Source of the DNA: Dehalococcoidia bacterium
GTDB lineage: Bacteria; Chloroflexota; Dehalococcoidia; UBA2979
DNA: 64,000 nt
Reading direction: 5' to 3'
Assembly: GCA_965219085.1 (NCBI GenBank)
Contig: OZ244720.1
Span: forward strand, 1,120,001-1,184,000
The first letter of the stretch is position 1. Each line of letters starts with the position of its first letter. This document shows positions 1 through 9,539 of the stretch, one piece after another. A program made the translations under genes and the position numbers. A model generated the notes under the pieces. That model worked only from the letters and a program-made list of their open reading frames with translations, ran no database searches and was not told the origin of the DNA.

Positions 1-1014
1 GTGGGCGTGACGCTGCGGCTCTACACCGAGGCCGACGACACCGCGCTGCGCTCGCGTCGCACTTGCTGCGGCGTCGAAGACGTCGCGGACGCGCGCGCCG
101 CCGCCCAGCGCATCGGCATCCCGCACTACGTGCTCAACATGGAGCGCGAGTTCGAGCGCGATGTGATCGACGTGTTCACGAGCGCCTACGCCGAGGGCCG
201 CACGCCCAACCCCTGCCTGGCCTGCAACGACCGCATCAAGTTCAGCACGCTCCTCGACCGCGCGAACGCGATGGGTATCGAGCAGCTCGCGACCGGGCAC
301 TACGCACGGATTCGCGAGCGCGACGGGCGGTGGACACTCCACGCCGCGGCCGACGACGCCAAGGACCAGTCGTACGTGCTGTACACGCTCAAGCAGGAGC
401 AACTCGCGCGGCTGCGCTTCCCCCTCGGCGACCTGCCGAAGCCGGAGACGCGCCGCGTGGCCGCCGAGCTCGGGCTCGGCGTCGCCGACAAGCCCGACAG
501 CGCCGACATCTGCTTCGTCCCCGGCGGCGACTACCGCGAGTTGCTGCGCGCGCGCGGCGTCACGTCACGCGCGGGGGCCATCATCGACGCGGACGGGGAG
601 GAGCTCGGCCGCCACGAGGGCGTCGCCGGCTTCACCGTCGGCCAGCGGCGCGGGCTCGGCATCGCGACGCCGGGACGCCGTTACGTCACGTCAATCGACG
701 CCGACGCGGGCGTGGTCACGGTCGGCAACGCCGACGACCTGCTCACGAGCAGCATCGAGGCCTCCGCGCCGAGCTGGGTCGGCGAGCCGCCGCAGCCCGG
801 CGAGCCGCTGCTCGCCCGCGCGCGGTACCACGGCGAGCCCGTGCCGGCGCGGATCGTCGACCGTTCCGGGGACGGCTTCCGCCTCGCCCTCGACCGCCCG
901 GTGCGGGCGGCCGCGCCGGGCCAGGCGGTCGTGCTCTACCGGCCGACGCCGGGCGACGGCGACGAGGTGGTGGGCGGGGGCGTGATCGAGCGAGGGGCGC
1001 GCGCGGCGCTCTGA
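1..1014 (+). CDS. mnmA: tRNA 2-thiouridine(34) synthase, 5'-truncated by window edge
   Basis: Motifs TPNPCLACN, ATGHYAR, KDQSYVL, KPDSADICF, FTVGQRRGLG, PGQAVVLY. Confidence 0.97.
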   Translation: MGVTLRLYTEADDTALRSRRTCCGVEDVADARAAAQRIGIPHYVLNMEREFERDVIDVFTSAYAEGRTPNPCLACNDRIKFSTLLDRANAMGIEQLATGHYARIRERDGRWTLHAAADDAKDQSYVLYTLKQEQLARLRFPLGDLPKPETRRVAAELGLGVADKPDSADICFVPGGDYRELLRARGVTSRAGAIIDADGEELGRHEGVAGFTVGQRRGLGIATPGRRYVTSIDADAGVVTVGNADDLLTSSIEASAPSWVGEPPQPGEPLLARARYHGEPVPARIVDRSGDGFRLALDRPVRAAAPGQAVVLYRPTPGDGDEVVGGGVIERGARAAL

Positions 1015-1027
1015 GCCCCTCGCGCGG

Positions 1028-1426
1028 TCACTGCCGCGCGTCGAGCGTGTCGAGGTCTCCGGGCCAGTCGAGTAGCCGGCGGTCCGCCGTCACCAGCAGG
1101 TGGCCATCGAGCGCGGTGGCGGTGATCACGCGGTCGGCAGGGTCGCCGTGCATGTCGGGGAGGGCGCCCGCGCGCGCGGCGATGACGGCATTCACCGGGA
1201 TCTCGACGAGCCCTTCGTCGATGAGCGTTGTGCGCCATGCGCCGACTTCGCGGCGCAGCGTGTATCGGCCCTTGTCCTGGAGCATCGCCAGTTCCCAGAA
1301 CGAGATGGCGGACACGGCGAGCTCGCCCTGCCGCCACGCCTGCTCGACCTGTGAGCGCGCGCTGCTGCCGAGCCGCAGGTCGCCGGACCGGCTCCACAAC
1401 AGGACGTGCGTATCGAGCAGGATCAT
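1028..1426 (-). CDS. vapC: PIN-domain toxin (VapC family)
   Basis: MILLDTHVLLW...SAISFWE...HGDPADRVITATA...LVTAD; ATG overlaps antitoxin stop (ATGA). Confidence 0.93.
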   Translation of the reverse strand: MILLDTHVLLWSRSGDLRLGSSARSQVEQAWRQGELAVSAISFWELAMLQDKGRYTLRREVGAWRTTLIDEGLVEIPVNAVIAARAGALPDMHGDPADRVITATALDGHLLVTADRRLLDWPGDLDTLDARQ

Positions 1427-1704
1427 GGATTGAGGACGCGGTCCGGGTTCGCCTCCGCCTCCCACGCGACATCGACGGGCTCGATGATGTCGCCGTGGAT
1501 CTCGATGATGTCCCGGTCGCGCCCGAACCACTGCTTCGGCCTGACACGGTAGGGGGTGAGCTTCGCGACCGGCCGGCCACGCTTCGTGATCACGATCTCC
1601 TCGCCGCTGTCGGCGACCTCATCCATGAGCTTCAGGCACTTCGCCTTGAACTCGGCCGCCTTCATCGTGCGGCTGACATCGTCCGAGGTGACCTCGCCGT
1701 CCAT
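1423..1704 (-). CDS. Phd/YefM family antitoxin (start may be 1665)
   Basis: MKAAEFKAKCLKLMDEVADSGEEIVITKRGRPVAKL; directly upstream of PIN toxin. Confidence 0.93.
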   Translation of the reverse strand: MDGEVTSDDVSRTMKAAEFKAKCLKLMDEVADSGEEIVITKRGRPVAKLTPYRVRPKQWFGRDRDIIEIHGDIIEPVDVAWEAEANPDRVLNP

Positions 1705-1725
1705 GCGGTGCTCCCGTCGTCCGTT

Positions 1726-1756
1726 CGTGACCAGTATCGTACGTCATATGGTCACG
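1726..1756. promoter_or_regulatory. Inverted repeat upstream of antitoxin, probable autoregulatory operator
   Basis: CGTGACCA-N15-TGGTCACG just upstream of the antitoxin start. Confidence 0.55.
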
Positions 1757-1994
1757 TTGCGCCGCTCACCCGTCGCGTCGCGCGGTCGCGTGATCGAGCG
1801 AGGGGCGCGCGCGGCGCACCGAGCCCCGGACTACCAACGCTGACTGTGGTTACATCGTGCGCACGTTGCGCATCGACACCTCCAGGATTCGTTGTCCGCC
1901 AATACGCGCGCGGCTACGATGACCGTGCGGGGTGCGGCACGGTCGTACCCCCGACATTGCGACTTACACGCGGAACGGCGAGGACGGCAGCACG

Positions 1995-2423
1995 GTGCGA
2001 TACGTCGTCCTCCTGTTCTTCCTGTTCATGCTCGCCGCGGCCGGTGGCGTTGCGGGCGTCCTCTACTTCAACATCACGATGGAGGCGATCCGCGACGGCG
2101 TGATCATTGCCTACGGCCTCCTCGGCGCGCTCTTCTTCTTCGTCGGCATCCTCGTGCTGCTCGGCGTCTTCTTCGCCCTGCGGACTGCTTCCGACGCGAC
2201 CGGCGAGGTCTTCAACGAGTCGGTGCGCCCCGTCACGAACGACGCGCGCGAGATGGTCGGGGACGCACGCGAGATGGTTCGCACCGCCCGCACCAGCGTC
2301 GAGTTCGTGACCGACAACGCCGTTTCGCCCGTGATCCGCGCCGTCGCCGTCGTGCGCGGCGTGCGACGCGGCCTGGAGAGCATGGTCGGGGCACGTGCCC
2401 GCCGCGGAGGACCGGGAGGCTAG
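1995..2423 (+). CDS. Hypothetical membrane protein (2 TM plus amphipathic tail)
   Basis: GTG start after GAGGA; two hydrophobic stretches; GC3-biased frame. Confidence 0.7.
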   Translation: MRYVVLLFFLFMLAAAGGVAGVLYFNITMEAIRDGVIIAYGLLGALFFFVGILVLLGVFFALRTASDATGEVFNESVRPVTNDAREMVGDAREMVRTARTSVEFVTDNAVSPVIRAVAVVRGVRRGLESMVGARARRGGPGG

Positions 2424-2425
2424 GC

Positions 2426-2860
2426 ATGCCAGGCCTGTTCCGCCGACGACGCCGCACGAGGCCGCAGGGCCGGTCCTCGTACCAGGTGGCCGAGGTCATC
2501 GGCTCCTCGGTCAACCTCGACGACGCGATCGAGGCGGCGGCGATGCGCATCGCCGCCCGGAATCGCGCGGAGCGCGCTTCGCGGCGCGGCGACTTCGCCG
2601 CCTGGGCGTTCATGGGCATGGTCGCGGCCGGCGCCTACGCCGCCGTGCGCGCGCTGATGAGCCGCGAGAGCCGCGACTTGCTGGACATGCCCGCCCCGCT
2701 CGGCCCCCTCGCCGCGAGCATCGCCGACGACCTGCGCTCGGCGCGCACGAAGGTGCGCGAGGGCATCATCGAGTCGCGCCGAGCGGCGGACGAGGCGAGG
2801 AGCGAACTCGAATCGGAGTACCGCGACCGCATGGGGCGTGCCGACCCCGACGACGCATAG
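2426..2860 (+). CDS. Hypothetical protein with one hydrophobic helix and C-terminal coiled coil
   Basis: ATG after GGAGG, 2 bp after previous stop; WAFMGMVAAGAYAAVRAL. Confidence 0.65.
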   Translation: MPGLFRRRRRTRPQGRSSYQVAEVIGSSVNLDDAIEAAAMRIAARNRAERASRRGDFAAWAFMGMVAAGAYAAVRALMSRESRDLLDMPAPLGPLAASIADDLRSARTKVREGIIESRRAADEARSELESEYRDRMGRADPDDA

Positions 2861-2881
2861 CTCGGCGCCGAAACCCCGGCC

Positions 2882-2887
2882 TATACT
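2882..2887 (+). promoter_or_regulatory. -10 element for the tRNA pair
   Basis: TATACT 6 bp upstream of the first tRNA. Confidence 0.5.
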
Positions 2888-2893
2888 GGCTGT

Positions 2894-2979
2894 GGAGAGG
2901 TGTCCGAGCGGTTTAAGGTGCTGCTCTCGAAAAGCAGTAGGCGAAAGCCTCGTGGGTTCGAATCCCACCCTCTCCGCCA
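2894..2979 (+). tRNA. tRNA-Ser(CGA)
   Basis: GGAGAGG/CCTCTCC acceptor stem, anticodon arm CTGCT-CTCGAAA-AGCAG, long variable arm, GGTTCGAATCC, encoded CCA. Confidence 0.96.
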
Positions 2980-3052
2980 GCCTCGAACCCCGACGACCGG
3001 GTCGCCCCGGCGAGGGGCGCACGACAAGCCAATGGCGCGGTCAGCGTCACGC

Positions 3053-3143
3053 GGAGAGGTGCCGGAGCGGCTGAACGGGCTCGCCTGGAAAGCGGGTAGA
3101 GGGTATCCCCCTCTCGTGGGTTCGAATCCCACCCTCTCCGCCA
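3053..3143 (+). tRNA. tRNA-Ser(GGA)
   Basis: GGAGAGG/CCTCTCC acceptor stem, anticodon arm CTCGC-CTGGAAA-GCGGG, long variable arm, T-loop, CCA. Confidence 0.96.
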
Positions 3144-3274
3144 GCCTGACCCCCCACCCCCACCCGGGTTCGCTGCTCCCGGACCGTCCCCATCCGGCTC
3201 GCCGTGTGCGGAGCCGATGTCCCGGCGCGCCCCCCTATAGTGTCCGCACCCCGATCGGCTGAATCGGAGCGCGC

Positions 3275-6200
3275 ATGCAGCGCGAGCCCGCTGGCAGCGG
3301 CGTCGGCGACAGCGCGAAGCGGCGCGTGCGCGCTCGGCGCTCGGCGCTGCGCGTCGCGCTCGTCGTGGCGGGCTCGGCCGTGTTGGCTGCGCTCGTGTTC
3401 GCCGGACCGTTCGCGCCGGGCGGCGCCGGCTCGCTGTCCGCCGAGGTCTCCACCGGCTCGGTGGAGACGGATCGGTCCGCGCTGCTCGCCGTCTACGAGT
3501 CCGCGAACGGCCTCTACTGGCAGCGAGACGACCATTGGAACAGCGACGAGCCCCTCGATGCGTGGAGGGGCGTCACCACGGACGAGGACGGGCGCGTCAC
3601 GGCCCTCGAGCTCTCGTTCCTCGGCGACGTGAGCGGGACCCTCTCGCCAGCGCTGGGGAACCTCGACCGGCTGGAGAGCCTGACCGTGTCGTTCACGGAC
3701 CTGAGCGGACCGCTCCCAGCCGAGCTCGGGAACCTCACCGACCTGCAGACCCTGAACCTGTCGTTCAACGAGTTCAGCGGGCCGATCCCGCCGGAGCTGG
3801 GGAACCTCACCAACCTGCAGTCGCTCACGCTGGCCTACAACCAGCTCAGCGGACCGATCCCACCCGAGCTCGGGAACCTCACCAACCTCGAGTCGCTGAC
3901 GATCACGAGTCACCCGTCGAGCGCCCCGACCGACCGCGCCTCGCGCCGCCTCGGCGCCTTCCTGGGGCTGCGAGTAAGCGAGAACCGAGTCGGCGGACAG
4001 ATCCCGCCCGAACTGGGCAAGCTCAGCAGCCTGCAATCCCTCGAGCTGTCATCGAACGCGCTCAGCGGGCCGATCCCGCCCGAGCTCGGCAACCTGACCA
4101 ACCTGGCGTCCCTCTCGCTCGCGAACAACCAGTTGAGCGGACCGATCCCGCTGGAGCTGGGCAGGCTCGCCAACCTGCAGTCGCTGGGGCTGAACGAGAA
4201 CGAGCTCAGTGGCTCGATCCCGCCGGAGCTGGGGCAACTCGCCAGCCTGCAAGTGCTGGGCCTGAGCCGGAACGAGCTCAGTGGCTCGATCCCCCCGGAA
4301 CTGGGGCAACTCGCCGGCCTGCAGGGCATCGTCCTCGCCAACAACCAGTTGAGCGGCTCGATCCCACCCGAGCTGGGCGACCTCACGCACATGCGAGCGC
4401 TGGTCCTCTCCGATAACGAGTTGAGCGGCCCGATCCCGGCCGAGCTGGGCAACCTCGCCGGCCTCCAGTTCGTGCGCTTCGCCGGCAATCCAGGCTTGAG
4501 CGGATGCGTGCCCCGCACCCTGCGCCATCTCCTCACCCTCCCGACATTCTCCCTGGCAGGGCCCGGCCATGACTTCGTCGAGGTGGACGTGAACGGCGAC
4601 GGCGATACCGATGACGCGCTGGACGGCGACGTGCCCGGTCTGGGGCTGCCGTTCTGCATGCTGCGCGACCTGCAGCTCGGCGGCGCCACCCTCGACCCGC
4701 CCTTCGCCGCCGGCGCCCCGGCCTACACCGCCTCCGTGGACGGCTCCGTCGCGCACACGGCGGTGACCGCGACGCTCATCGACGGCCACGCCTACGTGCT
4801 GGTCCGCAAGGGCGGGCGGACCTACGCGAGCGGCGAGCCGGTGCCGCTCGACCCGGGCGTGAACGCCCTCAGCATCGAGGTCGCACCGCTGGACGCCACG
4901 CCCCGCCAGGTCTTCACCGTGGCGGTGACACGAGGAGCCGTCGTTCCGATCACGCTCGAGCTGCGCGATGGCAGCGACCTCGTGATCGCGCCCCCCGGCA
5001 CGGCCACCACGGCCGCGAGGCTCCTGGACGGGACCGACGTGCAGGTCGCGTGGAAGTACAACCGCGACACGCGTGCGTGGGACCGCTCGTACCTCCCGGC
5101 GATCGGCTTCGGGGGCTTCCCGATCGGGGCCGGCGACGCGCTCTGGGTCATCGCCGGCAGCGACCAGACGCTGACCGTCGAGGGAGCGCGACCTCCGGCC
5201 GGGGCACAGCCGCCCGGCCCCGTCACGCTCGCCGTGCGCGAGGGCAGCGACCTCCTCGTTGTACCCGCGGGCGCGCCCACGACAGCCGCCGCACTGTTTG
5301 GTGGGACCGACGTGCAGGTCGTGTGGAAGTACGACCGCGCTTCGCGGGCCTGGGACCTCTCCTACCTTCCCGGCCCGGGGTTCGGGGGCTTCGACATCGC
5401 GCCCGGCGATGGGCTCTGGGTGATCTCGCCGCGCGCCCAGACGCTCGGCGGGGCGCCCGCACCGGCGCCTGTCGAGCCGCGGATCGCGGACCCGGTGGCC
5501 GAGGTCAGTACGAGCGAGACCCATACTTGCGCGCTGCGCGAGTCGGGCGAGGTCCTCTGCTGGGGGGCGAACGACCAGGGTCAGACCGACGTGCCGCCGG
5601 AGCGGTACCGCGCCGTCGCCGCGGGTTCGGAGCACACGTGCGGCCTGCTCGAGTCGGGCGAGATCGTCTGCTGGGGGAGCGACCGCGGGGGCCCGTTGGA
5701 CGTGCCGGACGGAACGTACATCGCCGTCGGCGCCGGGTACGCGCGCACGTGCGCGCTTCGCGAGTCGGGCGAAGTCGCCTGCTGGGGATCGTACGGGAGC
5801 GCGCACCAGGACGTTCCATCGGGGACCTACCGCTCGCTGAGCGTGGGGTTCACGCACGCGTGTGCGCTCGGCGAGTCGGGCGAGGTGGTCTGCTGGGGCA
5901 GCAGCGCATTCGACCAGAGCGATGCACCGTCGGGGGTGTACAAGTCGGTGAGTGCGGGCCGAAGCCACACATGCGCGCTTCGGGAGTCGGGCCAGCTGGT
6001 GTGCTGGGGGCTGAACACGTCCGGGAACCGCATGCCCAACTTGTCCGGTACGTACCGCTCGGTCAGCGCGGGTGACGGGTTCACGTGCGGTGTGCGGGAA
6101 TCCGGGAAGGTCGTGTGCTGGGGGAACAACCACCGGGGGGTGACGGAGGTTCCCGACGGGCGCTACGTCTCCGTCAGCGCGGGCGAGCACCACGCGTGCG

Positions 6201-7726
6201 CGGTGCGCGAGTCGGGGGCGATGGACTGCTGGGGCGGCAGCGAGCACGACTACGGCCAGGCGGATGCTCCGGCCGGGCGCTACCTGTCGGTGAGCGCCGG
6301 CGAGTGGCACAGCTGCGCGGTGACGGAGATGGGTGAAGTGGAGTGTTGGGGCTCGGGCCGCTGGGGCATGGGGCAAGTGCAATCGCCCGCCGGGCGCGGA
6401 TACGGTTCGGTGGTCGCCGGGAACGACCATACCTGCGGGATCCTGCAGTCGGGTGAGGTGCGGTGCTGGGGCAGCAACGCGAGCGGTCAGCTCGACGTGC
6501 CGGCCGGGCGCTACCAGTCCGTGCGCGCCGGCAGGGGGTACACCTGCGCGCTTCCCGAGTCCGGGGACGCGGTGTGCTGGGGCTCGGGCGCCCCCACGTG
6601 GCGGGCCGATCCCCCGGAGATCTACCGGGGCCTGCGAGCGGGCGAGCAAACCTGCGAGACGCTCGAGTCGGGCGACGTGATCTGCCCGGACGGCAGCGCA
6701 TACGTGCAGCACGGCGCGCCCGAGGGCCCGTACGTGGCGCTCACCGCGGGCAGGTGGCACCGATGCGCGCTGCTCGAGTCCGGCGAGGTGGCCTGCTGGT
6801 TGGGTGGGATCGAGTCCCATGGGCGGCCGGCGGTCGTGACTGCCCGGCCTGCGGCGGTACCGCCCGAGCTGGCTGCCCCGCTGCCGACCGCCGATGCCGG
6901 CGACTCGGGACCCGGAGCCCTCGTCGTCGATGCGGGCGCCGAGCACACCTGCGCGTTGCAGGCGTCGGGCGAGGTGCTCTGCTGGGGAGCGGTCGGCTGG
7001 CGCGGCGAGCTCGTCCCGCTGCCGCGGGGTCAGTACCGCTCGATGAGTGTCGGCGGGGACCGGTACACGTGCGGCGTCCGAACGTCGGGTGCCGTTGTGT
7101 GCGCGGGGATCCACGATGCGTCCTTCAACCAGGCCCCGGGTGAGGACCGCTACCAGTCGGTGAGCGCGGGAGGACGTCACGCCTGCGCGTTCCGGGAATC
7201 GGGTCAGCTGGACTGCTGGGGCGACAACCGGTTCAGGCAGGCGACCGTGGCGCCGGGACCCTACTCGGCGGTCAGCGCGGGCGAGTTCCACACCTGCGCG
7301 GTGCTCGAAGCCGGCCCCGTAGTGTGCTGGGGGCGCAACGAACACCGCCAGGCCGACGGGGCGCCGGGCCGGTACACTGCGGTCGCGGCTGGTTCGACGC
7401 ACAGCTGCGCGCTCGCCGAGTCCGGCGAGGTCGTCTGCTGGGGAGACAACGAGCACGGCCAGACGGACGCGCCGGCGGGTCGCTACCTGTCAGTCGGCGC
7501 GGGCGAGACGCACTCCTGCGCCCTCGCCGAATCGCGCGAGGTCGCTTGCTGGGGCGGCAACGAGCACGGCCAGTCGGACGTCCCGGCCGGCAGCTACGAG
7601 GCGGTCACCGTCGGCGGCCTGCACACGTGCGCGGTGCGCACGTCGGGCGAGGTGGTCTGCTGGGGCAATACCGAAGACTTCCGGACCAGCGTGCCTGAGA
7701 TCCTCGCCGGGGCCGGGCCCGGTTAG
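3275..7726 (+). CDS. Exported protein: plant-type LRR region, cadherin-like beta-sandwich, two tandem unnamed domains, RCC1-like repeats
   Basis: N-terminal hydrophobic helix; 24-aa LSGPIPPELGNLTNL repeats; many AGxxHTCALxESGEVxCWG repeats. Confidence 0.92.
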   Translation: MQREPAGSGVGDSAKRRVRARRSALRVALVVAGSAVLAALVFAGPFAPGGAGSLSAEVSTGSVETDRSALLAVYESANGLYWQRDDHWNSDEPLDAWRGVTTDEDGRVTALELSFLGDVSGTLSPALGNLDRLESLTVSFTDLSGPLPAELGNLTDLQTLNLSFNEFSGPIPPELGNLTNLQSLTLAYNQLSGPIPPELGNLTNLESLTITSHPSSAPTDRASRRLGAFLGLRVSENRVGGQIPPELGKLSSLQSLELSSNALSGPIPPELGNLTNLASLSLANNQLSGPIPLELGRLANLQSLGLNENELSGSIPPELGQLASLQVLGLSRNELSGSIPPELGQLAGLQGIVLANNQLSGSIPPELGDLTHMRALVLSDNELSGPIPAELGNLAGLQFVRFAGNPGLSGCVPRTLRHLLTLPTFSLAGPGHDFVEVDVNGDGDTDDALDGDVPGLGLPFCMLRDLQLGGATLDPPFAAGAPAYTASVDGSVAHTAVTATLIDGHAYVLVRKGGRTYASGEPVPLDPGVNALSIEVAPLDATPRQVFTVAVTRGAVVPITLELRDGSDLVIAPPGTATTAARLLDGTDVQVAWKYNRDTRAWDRSYLPAIGFGGFPIGAGDALWVIAGSDQTLTVEGARPPAGAQPPGPVTLAVREGSDLLVVPAGAPTTAAALFGGTDVQVVWKYDRASRAWDLSYLPGPGFGGFDIAPGDGLWVISPRAQTLGGAPAPAPVEPRIADPVAEVSTSETHTCALRESGEVLCWGANDQGQTDVPPERYRAVAAGSEHTCGLLESGEIVCWGSDRGGPLDVPDGTYIAVGAGYARTCALRESGEVACWGSYGSAHQDVPSGTYRSLSVGFTHACALGESGEVVCWGSSAFDQSDAPSGVYKSVSAGRSHTCALRESGQLVCWGLNTSGNRMPNLSGTYRSVSAGDGFTCGVRESGKVVCWGNNHRGVTEVPDGRYVSVSAGEHHACAVRESGAMDCWGGSEHDYGQADAPAGRYLSVSAGEWHSCAVTEMGEVECWGSGRWGMGQVQSPAGRGYGSVVAGNDHTCGILQSGEVRCWGSNASGQLDVPAGRYQSVRAGRGYTCALPESGDAVCWGSGAPTWRADPPEIYRGLRAGEQTCETLESGDVICPDGSAYVQHGAPEGPYVALTAGRWHRCALLESGEVACWLGGIESHGRPAVVTARPAAVPPELAAPLPTADAGDSGPGALVVDAGAEHTCALQASGEVLCWGAVGWRGELVPLPRGQYRSMSVGGDRYTCGVRTSGAVVCAGIHDASFNQAPGEDRYQSVSAGGRHACAFRESGQLDCWGDNRFRQATVAPGPYSAVSAGEFHTCAVLEAGPVVCWGRNEHRQADGAPGRYTAVAAGSTHSCALAESGEVVCWGDNEHGQTDAPAGRYLSVGAGETHSCALAESREVACWGGNEHGQSDVPAGSYEAVTVGGLHTCAVRTSGEVVCWGNTEDFRTSVPEILAGAGPG

Positions 7727-7756
7727 CCGGACCTCAGGCAGCGCCGCAGCTCGCCG

Positions 7757-9175
7757 TTAAGCGTCCTCCGCGCCCGGTGCATCGTCGGGCGGCGCCTGCA
7801 GGTGCCAGTCCGTCACCTGCTGGTAGGCATGGCCCATCCGGGCGAGCAGCGCCTCGGCGAACGGGGCGCCGACGATCTGCGCCGACAGCGGCAGCCCGAG
7901 CTCGGATGAGAACCCCGAGGGCAGCGCCAACGCCGGGTAGCCCAGCAGGTTGAACGGCCCCGCGTAGCTGGGCATCGTCAGACGCCGGTTCAGGTCGGGA
8001 GGCGGGTACTCCGGCGCGGGCTCCGGGGTCATCGGCACGACGAGCGCGTCGACGTCGGCCATCACGCGCGCGGCCTGCTTCGCGTACCAGCTGCGGAAGC
8101 GCTGGGCCTGGATGTAGTCCGCCGCCGAGTAGAGCGCGGCGCGGCCGATCATGAGCCGCGCCCCCTTGCCGTACTCGGTCCAGCGGTCGCTGGCCATGTC
8201 CATGCGGTGGTAGGCGAAGGCCTCGGTGAGCATCGTCAGCGTGTTGGCGTCCTTCGCGATGTCCGAGTGCGGCAGGTCGACCTCGACGACCTCCGCGCCG
8301 AGGCCGGCGAGCGTCTCGATGACCGCCTCGGCCGCCGCCGCCACCTCCTGATCGAGGTCCTCGTGGTCGAAGAAGTACGCGCGCGGCACCCCGATGCGCA
8401 GCCCGGCCACACCGGCGTCGACGCCTTCGAGGTAGTCCTCGGTGGGCTCGGTGGAGGCGGTGGGGTCACGCGGGTCATGGCCGGCGATGACGTTGAGGAT
8501 CGCGCCGCAGTCGTAGGCCGAGCGGGCCATCGGGCCGATCGAGTCGAGCGAGTAGCCGAGCGGTACGCAGCCCCACTTCGGGACGCGCCCGTACGTGACC
8601 TTGAGCCCCGTGTGGCCGCAGTAGGCAGCCGGGAAGCGCACCGAACCCCCGGTGTCCGTCCCGAGCCCGCCGAGCACCATGCCGGTGGCGACGGCGATCC
8701 CTGTGCCCGACGACGAGCCGCCGGGCGTGCGGTCCAGCCGCCACGGGTTCAGCGGGATCGGGAACGGCTTCTCCTCGTCGGGCGTCCCGAGGGCGAACTC
8801 GGAGAGCACGAGCTTGCCCATGATCACGGCGCCGGCCGCGCGCACGCGCTCGCTGACCACCGCGTCGTAGCCCTCGCCCCACGCCGGGTCGAGGATGAGC
8901 GAGTTCGCCGTGGTCGGCTGGTCCACCGTGGCGAGCAGGTCCTTGATGCCAAACGGGATGCCCTGCAACGGCCCGCGGTCGACGCCGGCCGCGAGGTCGG
9001 CGTCGGCCTGCGCGGCCTGCTGCATCGCGCCCGCCTCGTTGACGGCGATGAACGCGCCGAGGCGCGCGTCGAGCGCGCCGATTCGCTCCAGCGCCTCCCC
9101 GGTCAGCTCGACGCTCGTCACCTCGCCGCCGCGGAGTGCGGCGGCGGCCGATGCGATCGTTCGTGGCGACGTCAT
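7757..9175 (-). CDS. Amidase signature family protein (GatA/AtzE-like)
   Basis: GPLQGIPFGIKD, PGGSSSG, GTDTGGSVRFPAAYCG. Confidence 0.95.
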   Translation of the reverse strand: MTSPRTIASAAAALRGGEVTSVELTGEALERIGALDARLGAFIAVNEAGAMQQAAQADADLAAGVDRGPLQGIPFGIKDLLATVDQPTTANSLILDPAWGEGYDAVVSERVRAAGAVIMGKLVLSEFALGTPDEEKPFPIPLNPWRLDRTPGGSSSGTGIAVATGMVLGGLGTDTGGSVRFPAAYCGHTGLKVTYGRVPKWGCVPLGYSLDSIGPMARSAYDCGAILNVIAGHDPRDPTASTEPTEDYLEGVDAGVAGLRIGVPRAYFFDHEDLDQEVAAAAEAVIETLAGLGAEVVEVDLPHSDIAKDANTLTMLTEAFAYHRMDMASDRWTEYGKGARLMIGRAALYSAADYIQAQRFRSWYAKQAARVMADVDALVVPMTPEPAPEYPPPDLNRRLTMPSYAGPFNLLGYPALALPSGFSSELGLPLSAQIVGAPFAEALLARMGHAYQQVTDWHLQAPPDDAPGAEDA

Positions 9176-9179
9176 CGTG

Positions 9180-9380
9180 CTACTCCCGCACCGGCGGAAC
9201 CGGCGCGAAGATCAGCGCGGGCTCCTCGTAGCGGACCTCCTCGATGAAGAGGCGGTCCGCCTGCTCGCGCAGGGTCGGGTAGCCCTCGACGAGCGATTCG
9301 AACTCCTCGTCGCTGAGGGGCAGGCCGGCCGCATCGATGAGCGCGCGGACGGTCGCCTCGACGTTGTCTGGGACGGGCAT
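9180..9380 (-). CDS. Small amidase partner protein (GatC/AtzG-like)
   Basis: 66 aa MPVPDNVEATVRALIDAAGLPLSDEEF...EEPALIF immediately upstream of the amidase. Confidence 0.7.
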   Translation of the reverse strand: MPVPDNVEATVRALIDAAGLPLSDEEFESLVEGYPTLREQADRLFIEEVRYEEPALIFAPVPPVRE

Positions 9381-9539
9381 CGGTTCCCCCCACCCGCGCC
9401 CCGTCTCCGCCCATCGGGCGGAGGCGCGGCGCCGCGTAGCCACTGAGTGTGCGCCGCCGCCGCCGCGCGATCGCTTGCGGCGGCGACGGGGCGAAGCATA
9501 GCGCCCGCACGTTGCGTCGATGCGTCGGGCCGCGCGGCC

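Larger units (their letters stand above)
980..1827. repeat. 40-bp direct repeat (980-1019 and 1788-1827) duplicating the mnmA 3' end around a TA module
   Basis: GCGTGATCGAGCGAGGGGCGCGCGCGGCGC identical (30 bp), 38/40 overall; second copy has CGA instead of the TGA stop. Confidence 0.9.

Noticed and set aside
2894-3143. Tandem tRNA-Ser as attL/attR of an integrated element
   Set aside because: Both are full-length with different anticodons, only 73 bp apart. I found no displaced tRNA 3' fragment or integrase downstream.
4049-7456. Very long antisense and alternate-frame ORFs (also 15651-17357, 43774-45870, 52472-54190 and others)
   Set aside because: Shadow ORFs expected at high GC; they overlap well-supported genes and give Arg/Ala/Pro-rich sequence without motifs.
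5500-7680. RCC1 or LRR repeats as diversity-generating retroelement TR/VR pairs
   Set aside because: No reverse transcriptase in the window; differences between repeats are not visibly adenine-specific; they are ordinary coding repeats.
7757-9380. gatCA of the Glu-tRNA amidotransferase
   Set aside because: No gatB is adjacent and the small partner is short and divergent; called only as an amidase plus partner.
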